Below, piece by piece: positions 9,319 through 17,787 of a stretch of 64,000 nt of DNA. The notes below the pieces were generated by a model. That model was given only the letters and a program-made list of their open reading frames with translations. It was not told the origin of the DNA and did no database searches. Positions within the stretch are counted from its first letter, which is position 1; each line of letters starts with the position of its first letter. The position numbers were made by a program, and so were the translations under genes. This stretch comes from Poseidonia sp. (lineage in GTDB: Archaea > Thermoplasmatota > Poseidoniia > Poseidoniales > Poseidoniaceae), in assembly GCA_049600935.1 (NCBI GenBank), contig JBMYQB010000001.1:14095-78094 (forward strand), written 5' to 3'.

Positions 9319-12300
9319 TCAGGTTTGAGAGTCAAGCCACTGTTGTCCGTAATGCTCCCATTGTTCCATGGTCCATCCCTCTGGTAATCCTGTGGGTGGG
9401 AGCGGTGGAGCGCTTGGGGATGATTGAGCAGCGCCGGGGGCGTTTTGCAGGGCTTGCTGGAAGAGATAATCCGGCGGGGGGCCTTCCGGACGTTTTTGCC
9501 GCAATCGTTCTTCCCGGTCCGTGAACAGGTCGCCAGCCAACGCATCAGAGACTTCATCCCACACATTGCTTGGTGTTTCCACCCGACGTCGGCGCCTCGA
9601 AAACAGCACCACGAGGAGCAACACGAAGACGAGGAGGCTGAGTTGAATCACAGGGTTGGCTTCTTCACCCGCCAAGGATGCTCCGAGATTTTCCAGCGGT
9701 GTTCGGTCTGCGGGAAGAACGGCAAAGGTGATCACTTTCGTTCCCGGCCGCTCGGGGTCTTCGTCCCAAGCCATCACCTTGACGGATTGCAAACCGTCTT
9801 GTCTGAAGGTGTAGGTGACCGATTTACCGATGAGGTCAGCATCGTTGTCCAGTATGCCGTCTTCGTTGCTGTCGTCGTTCACGTCAACGTCCCATGCGAT
9901 GGTCAAATCGTTGAGGTCGTTAAGTGCGTCGAGGGTGCTGCTTGCATCCAACAAACACGGCTGATAGGCCATGCATGAAAACGGAGCGGTGCGAACGATG
10001 GGCGGGGTGTTGAGCACCAACACTTCAAGCACTTCGCTCGAATGAGCACCGTCGTCATCCGTCACGTGGTAGACCAGCTTGTGGGTGCCGCTTCGGTTCC
10101 ATGACACGGTCAAGTTGTCGCCAATGACATCGCAATCATCGTCTGCGCTTCCAAAATCATCGGAGTCCATGCTCGGGTCAATGTCCCAGCAGCGCACCAG
10201 CGTGCTCACATCCGAGGCGGTGTCGGTGGATTGCCCTGAAACACTGATGCTTTGGCCTTCTGCAACGGGGAGAACAGGGGGGATGGGTTCGATGATTGGT
10301 GCAACGTTTTGCACGCTGACCCATCGCTCCTCAATACCGCTCGAAGCTCCTTCGGAGTCCGTCACTTCAAGCCGCATTTTGTGCAGGCCTGCTTCGAGCC
10401 AGACCATTTCGAACTCAGATGTTCGCCCGTCAAACACGCGCACGAGCGAGGGTTGGGCATCGTCAGGCCACCACGTGTGGGTCAAGTCTTCAATGTCGTC
10501 CACCGAATCTTGGGCTTGGCCTTTGACGGTGACGATCTGATCTTCCTCGACATGCCATGTGTCTTGGGCATCCATGATGATGGGTCCTTCGGCGCTCACC
10601 ATCTGAACGTTGATGCTGTGCGGCCGAATGTTCGTGAATTTGACGTCAAAAGTTGCGGTGGAAACGGCTCCGTCATCGTCGGTTCCCACAGCTGTGAAGG
10701 TTTTCCAACCCTCTACGTTTGACGTGGTGGTGCAGGTTCGGGTGTAGTAGCCTTCCTTGCAGTTGGCACCCGGCCAGTAAATGTCGACCACACCCGGCCA
10801 TACCTTTTCGGAATCGGAATCGTTGGCGTAGGCGTAAAGGGTGATCGGATATTCCACCTTCGCCTCTGTTCGTTGGCTTCGCACCTCAATCTTCGGGTCT
10901 CTGTTTTGCACGGTCACGTTCAGAATCATGACCGACTCATCACGCTCTTCGTCCTCAACGGTGATTTCAACAGGGTAGACGCCGTCATCGATCCACGTGT
11001 AATTCAAGACGCAGGACGGTGAAACGATGCGTTCGTAGTCCCATGTTCTGGTGCCGTCATCAAAGGGCACGTAAAATTCACAGGAAACATTCCCGCCGTC
11101 TTCGTCATAACTTTCACTGGCGTTGATGAAAATGGTTTCTTGGGTCATGCCGATGGGTTCTGGCGCCACGGGCGTGGGCAATCGTCCAACAAAGAGTTCA
11201 ATGGTTCCGATGTTGTTCTGGAAGTTGGCATCGGCGGTGTTCAAGCGGGCGGTATCGGCTTCCCATTGGATTTGGAGCGAACCGATACCGGCGTCGTCAG
11301 GAACGACCCATTCTTGCAACATTTTGTGGGCCTGATATGTTTGTAACGCAGGCAATTCCTCGGTCAGGGTCACACCGTCAGGCGTCGTCAATCGTGCATC
11401 CGTGACGGTGGAGGTCGTGATGCCTCGATTGGTAAAGGCGACTTCAATGGAAAGTTTGTCGCCGGGGAGCACATTGAAGCCGGAGAGGGCGTTGAGTTGA
11501 GTCAGCGTACAAACATCCCCAATGCACCGTTCTCGCAGGATGACGGCCGCCCCTTCGTCAGCGAAGACATCCAAGCCAACGAGGTACTCATCAAGCGTGA
11601 CCGTTGCTGCACCGACCTTGTTTCCTGCCTTGGCCACAAGTCCGTGACTGGCGTAATCGAGTTGTGTCGCTGACGAGTCGAAGGCGTCACCAATGTCGAC
11701 CATGGACCAAGCACTTCCGTTTGTCGCCGTGGTCAGGGTTGTAACGAAACCCTCAACCTCGTGATGCAATTCGAGTTGCAAACCGGCCGTGTTGGAGAAA
11801 CACGAAGCGGAGGCGTTCACCCACACCTGCATTGGCGTGTTCAATGCGGTGATGGACCGTTCAGGGACCACGTCGAGGCAGTCCGAACGCGTGCCGGGAT
11901 TGGTGTATGGTTCCACCCCGGTCGAGCCAACAGGGTCGTACCGCTTGAGCTTGAAATCAATGACCAACCCGATGTCGTCAGCCGTGTGAAGCCAGGCATA
12001 GTTTCGCACCTCAGGGCAATACCAGCGGTAGCCTTCTGATACGCCATCGCTGTTGAACGAGGTCATCTCGTACGATTCGTTGCAGCCGCCATAATCGATG
12101 GTTTGACCGACGTTATTCGTCGGTTTGCCGACGTTGGTGACCACCCATGTGGTGGTGTTTGTATCCGTCTCGGGTGGAGGGAAGGGCGTGATGTAATCGC
12201 TTTGACCCGACCACTGCGAAGAGGAGGTGGTTGTGGTGGTCCAACGTTCGTCCATGCGGAGCGGGAAGTCGTAATTCTCGTTGACAGGAGAATAGGTGGT

Positions 12301-12849
12301 GGTGATGGTGATGTCGCCGAGAATTTGCTCAAGGAAGGAGATGCCGCTGGGAACGAAGCGTATGTACAGGTCCAGTTCACTTCGAATGGGTGAAAGGTCG
12401 CTCACCCGCAGGTACTCGGTTTGGGTGAACTGAATGTAGACATTGCCGGTGTAGCCTTCGAGGGAGACCCCGGATTTGTCGAAATTCGCTGAGGTTCGCA
12501 GCGTGTAGGCCAGGACCGACATGTTGTCCACGTTCTGAGTGGTGATGCCGGTGACTTCTGAGGTGGTATCGCCCTGAATTTCACCGACCGTGGCGTCAAC
12601 GCCCGTGTCCGTCACAAGGACGGTGGGGTCGAAGGTTCCAGCGTAGATCCAACGGTCGCCGATGCGCCATGTCGGGACATCAGAAACACCCGGGTCGCCG
12701 GCGATGGCATGTTGAACAGAGGCGTCGGGGAGGTGCTCGTGGTGTGAGAGGGGCACCATGTTCAGAAGGAGCAGCAGCACCAAGGCCAACGGGACGGTGC
12801 GGCCCAAGCGTACCTCTCCCATGGTATGGCCACGGGCACGGGAGGACAT
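9319..12849 (-). CDS. Giant surface protein, paralog of 5674..9267
   Basis: Same architecture and an alignable N-terminal domain (VPTWRIGDRWIY vs VPTYRVGDKWVY; FLEQILG vs FLEQTLG). PKD repeats (HVTDDDGA, AVGTDDDGA). TM then tail GLPEGWTMEQWEHYGQQWL. Start set at the ATG at 12849 (MSSRARGHTMGEVRLGRTVPLALVLLLLL) with AGGAG upstream, because the longer ORF to 13014 would overlap tbp. Confidence 0.8.
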   Translation of the reverse strand: MSSRARGHTMGEVRLGRTVPLALVLLLLLNMVPLSHHEHLPDASVQHAIAGDPGVSDVPTWRIGDRWIYAGTFDPTVLVTDTGVDATVGEIQGDTTSEVTGITTQNVDNMSVLAYTLRTSANFDKSGVSLEGYTGNVYIQFTQTEYLRVSDLSPIRSELDLYIRFVPSGISFLEQILGDITITTTYSPVNENYDFPLRMDERWTTTTTSSSQWSGQSDYITPFPPPETDTNTTTWVVTNVGKPTNNVGQTIDYGGCNESYEMTSFNSDGVSEGYRWYCPEVRNYAWLHTADDIGLVIDFKLKRYDPVGSTGVEPYTNPGTRSDCLDVVPERSITALNTPMQVWVNASASCFSNTAGLQLELHHEVEGFVTTLTTATNGSAWSMVDIGDAFDSSATQLDYASHGLVAKAGNKVGAATVTLDEYLVGLDVFADEGAAVILRERCIGDVCTLTQLNALSGFNVLPGDKLSIEVAFTNRGITTSTVTDARLTTPDGVTLTEELPALQTYQAHKMLQEWVVPDDAGIGSLQIQWEADTARLNTADANFQNNIGTIELFVGRLPTPVAPEPIGMTQETIFINASESYDEDGGNVSCEFYVPFDDGTRTWDYERIVSPSCVLNYTWIDDGVYPVEITVEDEERDESVMILNVTVQNRDPKIEVRSQRTEAKVEYPITLYAYANDSDSEKVWPGVVDIYWPGANCKEGYYTRTCTTTSNVEGWKTFTAVGTDDDGAVSTATFDVKFTNIRPHSINVQMVSAEGPIIMDAQDTWHVEEDQIVTVKGQAQDSVDDIEDLTHTWWPDDAQPSLVRVFDGRTSEFEMVWLEAGLHKMRLEVTDSEGASSGIEERWVSVQNVAPIIEPIPPVLPVAEGQSISVSGQSTDTASDVSTLVRCWDIDPSMDSDDFGSADDDCDVIGDNLTVSWNRSGTHKLVYHVTDDDGAHSSEVLEVLVLNTPPIVRTAPFSCMAYQPCLLDASSTLDALNDLNDLTIAWDVDVNDDSNEDGILDNDADLIGKSVTYTFRQDGLQSVKVMAWDEDPERPGTKVITFAVLPADRTPLENLGASLAGEEANPVIQLSLLVFVLLLVVLFSRRRRRVETPSNVWDEVSDALAGDLFTDREERLRQKRPEGPPPDYLFQQALQNAPGAAQSSPSAPPLPPTGLPEGWTMEQWEHYGQQWLDSQT

Positions 12850-12886
12850 CAAGACTTCTCCTCTAGCCCGTTGGCTGAGGGTGTGC

Positions 12887-13501
12887 TCAAAGCAGGTCAG
12901 CCAGTTCGTCCTTGATGATTTCAACCGCTTCGAGAATCTCGTCTTTGTGACGGGCGCCGGTGATGACCATCTTTCCGGAACCGAAGATGAGACAGACCAC
13001 CTTGGGGTCGTCAAGTCGGTAGATCAGACCGGGGAACTGTTCTGGCTCGTACTCCACCTTGTCAAAGGGCAAGTGGAAGGTCAGGTGGTTGAGGTTGAGT
13101 TTGCGCGGAACGCCTGCTTGTGGCTCGCCGGTGAACTTGTCAACACCGTCGTAGTCTTCTGGGTAGTGAAGGGCGTAGGTGGCGACCATGTTCTGGACTT
13201 CGATGGTGACGTCCTTGAGGTCCCATGTTTCGATACCAGCAGCACGCAAATCCTTGATCATGCGGTCAATACCGGTGTGGATGTTATCCTCGTCCTTACC
13301 ACCAGTGCAGACGGCACGGCCGGAGCGGAACATAAGAATGGCAAGTTTTGGTTCGGTGACACGGTAAACGACACCGGGGAATTGCTCGGGCTCGTACTCA
13401 CAGTTGAGTTGGATGGCAATGTCGGGGAGGTCAAGTTCTTCGGCAACACGGGTGCTGGCGACAACGTTCACAACAGTTAGGCGTTCTTCATCGGTGGTCA
13501 T
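12887..13501 (-). CDS. tbp: TATA-box binding protein
   Basis: Two direct repeats, each with EYEPEQFPG(V/L)(V/I)YR and F.SG....TG. Start at the ATG at 13501 (MTTDEERLTVVNVVAS), 12 nt inside the listed TTG ORF start. Confidence 0.93.
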   Translation of the reverse strand: MTTDEERLTVVNVVASTRVAEELDLPDIAIQLNCEYEPEQFPGVVYRVTEPKLAILMFRSGRAVCTGGKDEDNIHTGIDRMIKDLRAAGIETWDLKDVTIEVQNMVATYALHYPEDYDGVDKFTGEPQAGVPRKLNLNHLTFHLPFDKVEYEPEQFPGLIYRLDDPKVVCLIFGSGKMVITGARHKDEILEAVEIIKDELADLL

Positions 13502-13523
13502 ATAAAGGCCCAATGGTCTTTAG

Positions 13524-13540
13524 TATATAAAAGGAATTTC
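13524..13540 (-). promoter_or_regulatory. Archaeal TATA box (TTTTATATA) with a purine-rich BRE-like element upstream, promoter of tbp
   Basis: The minus strand reads ccgAAATTCC-TTTTATATA-ctaaagaccattgggcctttat-ATG. The TATA centre is about 27 nt upstream of the ATG at 13501, which implies a leaderless or near-leaderless mRNA. Confidence 0.7.
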
Positions 13541-13565
13541 GGCACCGGCCATGCTCGCGGGTCGG

Positions 13566-14552
13566 TCAATCTTCATCAACGGCCACGCCTTTGCAACCTA
13601 TTTTCGAAACGAGCGTGCGTCCACCGGCCAACTCGATGGCCTGACTCGTTTCGGTTGGTTGGCGTGTAAGCGCCACCATGCATCCTCCACCGCCTGCTCC
13701 GGTTAACTTCACGCCAAGTGAAGAAGGAGCAGCGGCTTGAATGAGGGTTTCCAGTTCGCTTGACGAGACACCTAAATTTCGCAAAAGCAGGTGGTTCTCG
13801 CTCATTGCATGGCCAACAGCCTCGTAGTCCCCTCGAGTCAAGGCATCAATCCCACGACGAGCAACCGTTCCGATGGCTTCGATTTCCAGCATGCGATGTG
13901 GATCGGCAGCCAAGGCTTTGGCCACCATCGCCACTTGGCGGGATGTAGGAGCGTGGACACCGGTGTTCCCAAGGACGAGGTACACATCGTCGCTGGGCAC
14001 CGATAAACTGTGAACCTCCCATGTCCGCTCTCCCTCCGGCGTGGTGAGGCGGCGCGTGTAGAGCCAATCACCGAAGGTTTCTCGCACATCAGAGAGCACG
14101 ACGACGCCTCCCTCGACGCTGGTGGAGGCGTCCATCGGCGAAGCTCTTCCGTTTTGTGCGCTCGCCTCGGCAAGGTGTGCCAGTGCGCTCAAGCGGTCCT
14201 TGTCCAGGGGCTTGTCGGTGCCGGAACACCGATGCATTGCAGCGCCAGCCGCAGCGCTCAACGCTGCACTTGAACCCAAACCTGAGGCATTGGGGATGTC
14301 GCCGGTGATGTGAATCGCCATGGCACCGTCATCACTCATCAAGGCCTCTTTGAGCATCGTGATGTGCGGGTGCTTTCGCTCGTTCAAAGGCCCCCCATCC
14401 ACGCTCCATGACGGCGCAGGCGTCAGCGATACCGAGAGACGTTGCTCGATGGCAACGGCCACAGCAGGTTGGCCGTAGACGACGGCATGCTCGCCGAAGA
14501 GGATGCATTTACCCGGCGCACTCGCCGACACTCGCGACAAGGCTTCATCCAT
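13566..14552 (-). CDS. mvk: Mevalonate kinase
   Basis: APGKCILFGEHAVVYGQPAVAVAI. GHMP kinase motif PNASGLGSSAA. C-terminal KLTGAGGGGCMVAL. Start at the ATG giving MDEALSRVSASAPGK; the longer ORF to 14693 would overlap the divergent neighbour. Confidence 0.9.
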   Translation of the reverse strand: MDEALSRVSASAPGKCILFGEHAVVYGQPAVAVAIEQRLSVSLTPAPSWSVDGGPLNERKHPHITMLKEALMSDDGAMAIHITGDIPNASGLGSSAALSAAAGAAMHRCSGTDKPLDKDRLSALAHLAEASAQNGRASPMDASTSVEGGVVVLSDVRETFGDWLYTRRLTTPEGERTWEVHSLSVPSDDVYLVLGNTGVHAPTSRQVAMVAKALAADPHRMLEIEAIGTVARRGIDALTRGDYEAVGHAMSENHLLLRNLGVSSSELETLIQAAAPSSLGVKLTGAGGGGCMVALTRQPTETSQAIELAGGRTLVSKIGCKGVAVDED

Positions 14553-14684
14553 GAGCAGAACACGGGCTCCGGCTTCATATTCCTTGTTGCGCAGTGAACG
14601 ATTTCGTTGTTCTTTTGACGGTGCATTGAAAGTGCGTCTTGAACTGGGAAGGATAAGCGCCTGCGGGCGACACCGGTGAGGAAC

Positions 14685-16742
14685 ATGGAACATCCCTTGT
14701 TTATGGATTACGGCCCGCTTCCAGGTTGGGTCATTTTGCTGCTCATGTTTGCCGTCTCGGGTGGGTTCTTTGGCTATCAGGTGGTCAAGGCATCTCGCCT
14801 CGTCCTCAAAGGAAAACCTGAGAACCGTTTTGACAACTGGGGCGCACGAATTTCCGAAGTGCTCAGCGGATGGCTAGGACAGAAAAAGGTGCTCAAGGAC
14901 CGGGTGGCCGGTGGCATCCACGTCCTCATGTTCTGGGGTTTCTTGATGCTCTCAACCGACATGTTTGACCTCGCAAGCGGGAACCAATTCTCACAAAAGG
15001 TCCTGCCCGAACTCGTTCGGGGACCTTGGAATTTGATGGTGGAAGTGGGCTACACCATCGCCTTCGTCGGTTGTGTACTGGCCCTTGTTCGCCGTGTGGT
15101 GTTTACACCAGAGAAACTCAAGGGGAAATCGCAACTTGAAGGCAACGTCATTCTCCTTCTCATCATGACCATCACCACCACGTCGTTCGTTGTTGAGGCT
15201 GGTGAGTCAACCGTTTCCTCGACTTGGGAGCCCATCGGTGCGTGGGTGGCGTCAACCCTCGTCCCGTCCACAAGCGTCATCGTCGCTGCCTACTGGGCCC
15301 ACATGCTGGCCATCTGTGTGTTCCTGTTCCTCATTCCGCTGTCCAAGCACATGCACCTGGTCATGGCCTTCCCCAATGTGTTCTTCCACGACCTTCGACC
15401 CATGGCGACCATGGAGCCATTGGCTCGAGGCGAGAACGGAAAAGCAGTCTTGCTCGATGAGTTGGACATCGAATCCTTTGGTGCCGTCAACTACACGGAT
15501 TTTACCTGGCGAGACCTTATTGACGGATGGGCCTGCACGTCGTGCGCTCGCTGTCAAGATGTCTGCCCGGCTTACGCCAGCGGCAAAGCCCTCAACCCGA
15601 TGCAGATCATCCACGACGTCCGCCATTACGCCAACGACCACGCCACCAGCATCTTCGCCGGTGAAACGCCTGAAGAAGACATCATTGCCCGCTTTGGTGA
15701 AGACGCCATTTGGGCGTGCACCACCTGCCACGCCTGCGTTGAGGCATGCCCGATTTACATTGACCACGTCCCCAAACTTACCGACGCTCGCCGCCACCTG
15801 ATGATGGAACGCATGGAGTTCGACGAGAGCGTCGAAGACACGGTCATGCCGCTCATGGCCACCATTGAGAATCTTGAATCGGATTCCAACCCCTACGGCC
15901 TGCCCTCCCACGAGCGTGGCGATTGGGCAGAAGGGCTTGACGTGAAGGTGGCAGAGCCCGCTGAATACATTTACTTCGCTGGCTGCGCTGCCTCGTTTGA
16001 CGAGCGCAACAAGAAGGTCGCAAGGGACACCATCAGCATCATGAAAGAAGCCGGTCTTGACGTCGGTATCCTCGGTATGCAGGAGGGTTGCAGCGGTGAT
16101 GCCGCACGCCGAGCGGGGAACGAATACTTGTTCCAGATGCTTGCCGAAACCAACCTTTCCACCTTTGAGGAAATCGGCGTCAAGAAGATCGTCGCCTCCT
16201 GCCCGCATTGCTTCCACACGCTTGGAAAGGAGTACAAGGACTACGGCGGAGAAGACATCGAGGTCATGCATCATTCGCAACTCATCAACCATCTTCAGGT
16301 CGAGGGCAAACTTCCAGAGCCCAAGCACGACGGAACGGTCACCTACCACGACCCCTGCTATCTCGGGCGAATCGGTGGCGAACTCGACGCTCCACGCGAC
16401 GCCATCGGTGGTGTGGATGTTGAAGCCGAGCGCCACGGACGTGATTCCTTCTGTTGCGGCGCAGGTGGTGCACAAATGTGGATGGAAGAGCACGTTGACG
16501 AAGGCCACGACCGTGTCAACATCATTCGTTCCAAGGAATTGGCAGCGACCGGTGCCGAAACCGTGGCCGTGGGCTGTCCCTTCTGTTCGACCATGGTCAC
16601 CGACGGGTTGAGCGCCATCGGCTCGGAGATGGAAGTCAAGGACGTCGCCGAACTCGTGTGGGAGCAAATCAAGGCCAACGATGCAAAGATCGAAGCGGCC
16701 AAAGCCTCGGCCGAATCCGCCGCTGAACCCGCTGAAGCCTGA
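14685..16742 (+). CDS. Membrane-bound Fe-S oxidoreductase: N-terminal multi-TM His-rich (NarI/HdrE/DsrM-like) domain fused to an HdrD/GlpC-like 2x[4Fe-4S] + CCG-domain module
   Basis: Several N-terminal TM helices with conserved His (GGIHVLMFWGF, YWAHMLAICVF, SKHMHLVMAF). CTSCARCQDVCP and CTTCHACVEACP ferredoxin motifs. CCG-type motifs ASCPHCFHTL and CCGAGG...GCPFCSTM. Confidence 0.8.
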   Translation: MEHPLFMDYGPLPGWVILLLMFAVSGGFFGYQVVKASRLVLKGKPENRFDNWGARISEVLSGWLGQKKVLKDRVAGGIHVLMFWGFLMLSTDMFDLASGNQFSQKVLPELVRGPWNLMVEVGYTIAFVGCVLALVRRVVFTPEKLKGKSQLEGNVILLLIMTITTTSFVVEAGESTVSSTWEPIGAWVASTLVPSTSVIVAAYWAHMLAICVFLFLIPLSKHMHLVMAFPNVFFHDLRPMATMEPLARGENGKAVLLDELDIESFGAVNYTDFTWRDLIDGWACTSCARCQDVCPAYASGKALNPMQIIHDVRHYANDHATSIFAGETPEEDIIARFGEDAIWACTTCHACVEACPIYIDHVPKLTDARRHLMMERMEFDESVEDTVMPLMATIENLESDSNPYGLPSHERGDWAEGLDVKVAEPAEYIYFAGCAASFDERNKKVARDTISIMKEAGLDVGILGMQEGCSGDAARRAGNEYLFQMLAETNLSTFEEIGVKKIVASCPHCFHTLGKEYKDYGGEDIEVMHHSQLINHLQVEGKLPEPKHDGTVTYHDPCYLGRIGGELDAPRDAIGGVDVEAERHGRDSFCCGAGGAQMWMEEHVDEGHDRVNIIRSKELAATGAETVAVGCPFCSTMVTDGLSAIGSEMEVKDVAELVWEQIKANDAKIEAAKASAESAAEPAEA

Positions 16743-16751
16743 GGTTGAGGC

Positions 16752-17729
16752 GTGTTATCAACGAACGACCAGCAGGCATTGTTGGCGTGGTACGATGAAC
16801 ATCAACGGGACTTGCCTTGGCGCAGAACCAACGACCCTTGGGCCATCCTTCTCAGCGAAACATTGCTGCAGCAAACCCAGGTCAGTCGAGGCCTCGTCTA
16901 TTGGCATCGCATGGTCGAGGCCTTCCCGACGGTGGCTTCGATGGCTGAGGCTCCCGTCGATGCGGTGCTCAAGGCTTGGGAAGGTGCGGGCTACTACAGC
17001 CGTGCCCGCCGACTTCACGCCCTGAGCCAACGCGTGATGCTTCCAGAGACCGAGGGCGGGTTTGATGGACGATTACCTTCGACCTACGACGAACTTCTGT
17101 CCCTGCCCGGTATTGGGCCCTACACTGCCGCAGCGGTGGCCAGCATTGCGTTTGGCCAGCCCGTGGCCTGTGTTGACGGCAACATCCGAAGAGTCATGGC
17201 ACGACAAACTACGCAGCCCAACCCGACACCAAAGCAAGTTCAGGCGTGGGCCGACGCATCCCTCCATGGCGGGCGAGCAGGGGATTGGAATCAAGCCCTG
17301 ATGGAACTCGGCGCAACGGTGTGCACGCCAAGACGATGGACATGCGAAGTCTGCCCGATTCGAACATCCTGCGCTGGAAAAAAAGACCCGGGAATGTATC
17401 CAGCGCCTAAGAAACAACGGGTATCGTCTCTCACCTTGACAGCGCTTGTGGAGGTCGCTCGCGACGGCCACCCTGTTCTCCATCAACGCCCCATGTCGGG
17501 TCTGTTTGCTGGGCTTTGGGGGCCCGAATACAAGGACGGTCTTTCTGAGAATGGCGATGGATGGCGGATGTGCGGCACCGTTCGCCACCAGTTGAGTCAT
17601 CGCAAACTCGAAGTTTGCGTCTATCTAAAGCAGAACGGCATTGCAACGCACGGTACGGCCCGTGCCGATGTCGCCCTCTCGACCCTCGACGAGAAGGTCT
17701 TGGACCTCGCTGCTCAATTCACGACGTGA
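16752..17729 (+). CDS. mutY: A/G-specific adenine DNA glycosylase
   Basis: LLAWYDEHQRDLPWR, ILLSETLLQQTQV and an HhH-GPD core. Fe-S loop C-x6-C-x2-C-x5-C (CTPRRWTCEVCPIRTSC). NUDIX-like C-terminal domain. GTG start. Confidence 0.88.
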   Translation: MLSTNDQQALLAWYDEHQRDLPWRRTNDPWAILLSETLLQQTQVSRGLVYWHRMVEAFPTVASMAEAPVDAVLKAWEGAGYYSRARRLHALSQRVMLPETEGGFDGRLPSTYDELLSLPGIGPYTAAAVASIAFGQPVACVDGNIRRVMARQTTQPNPTPKQVQAWADASLHGGRAGDWNQALMELGATVCTPRRWTCEVCPIRTSCAGKKDPGMYPAPKKQRVSSLTLTALVEVARDGHPVLHQRPMSGLFAGLWGPEYKDGLSENGDGWRMCGTVRHQLSHRKLEVCVYLKQNGIATHGTARADVALSTLDEKVLDLAAQFTT

Positions 17730-17787
17730 GGACGGCCGGATATCGCCGGGTGCAAAGGGCTAAACGGCAGCGTTTTGACCGTCGGTC

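Noticed and set aside
12850-13014. N-terminal extension of the giant paralog ORF (listed start 13014), which overlaps tbp by 128 nt.
   Set aside because: The extension has no signal-peptide character. An internal ATG at 12849 has an AGGAG upstream and yields a proper charged-then-hydrophobic signal, and it avoids the overlap with tbp.
15252-16667. A 471-aa ORF antisense to the Fe-S oxidoreductase gene. Similar long antisense ORFs are 31058..32467 (469 aa, opposite ileS), 39070..40158 (362 aa), 41745..42725 (326 aa, opposite trhO), 40584..41447 (opposite nadE) and 25298..26074.
   Set aside because: Each lies fully opposite a gene with strong family motifs. Their translations are low-complexity (Gly/Val/His/Arg-rich) with no recognisable domain. 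Long stop-free antisense frames are expected in GC-rich coding DNA.
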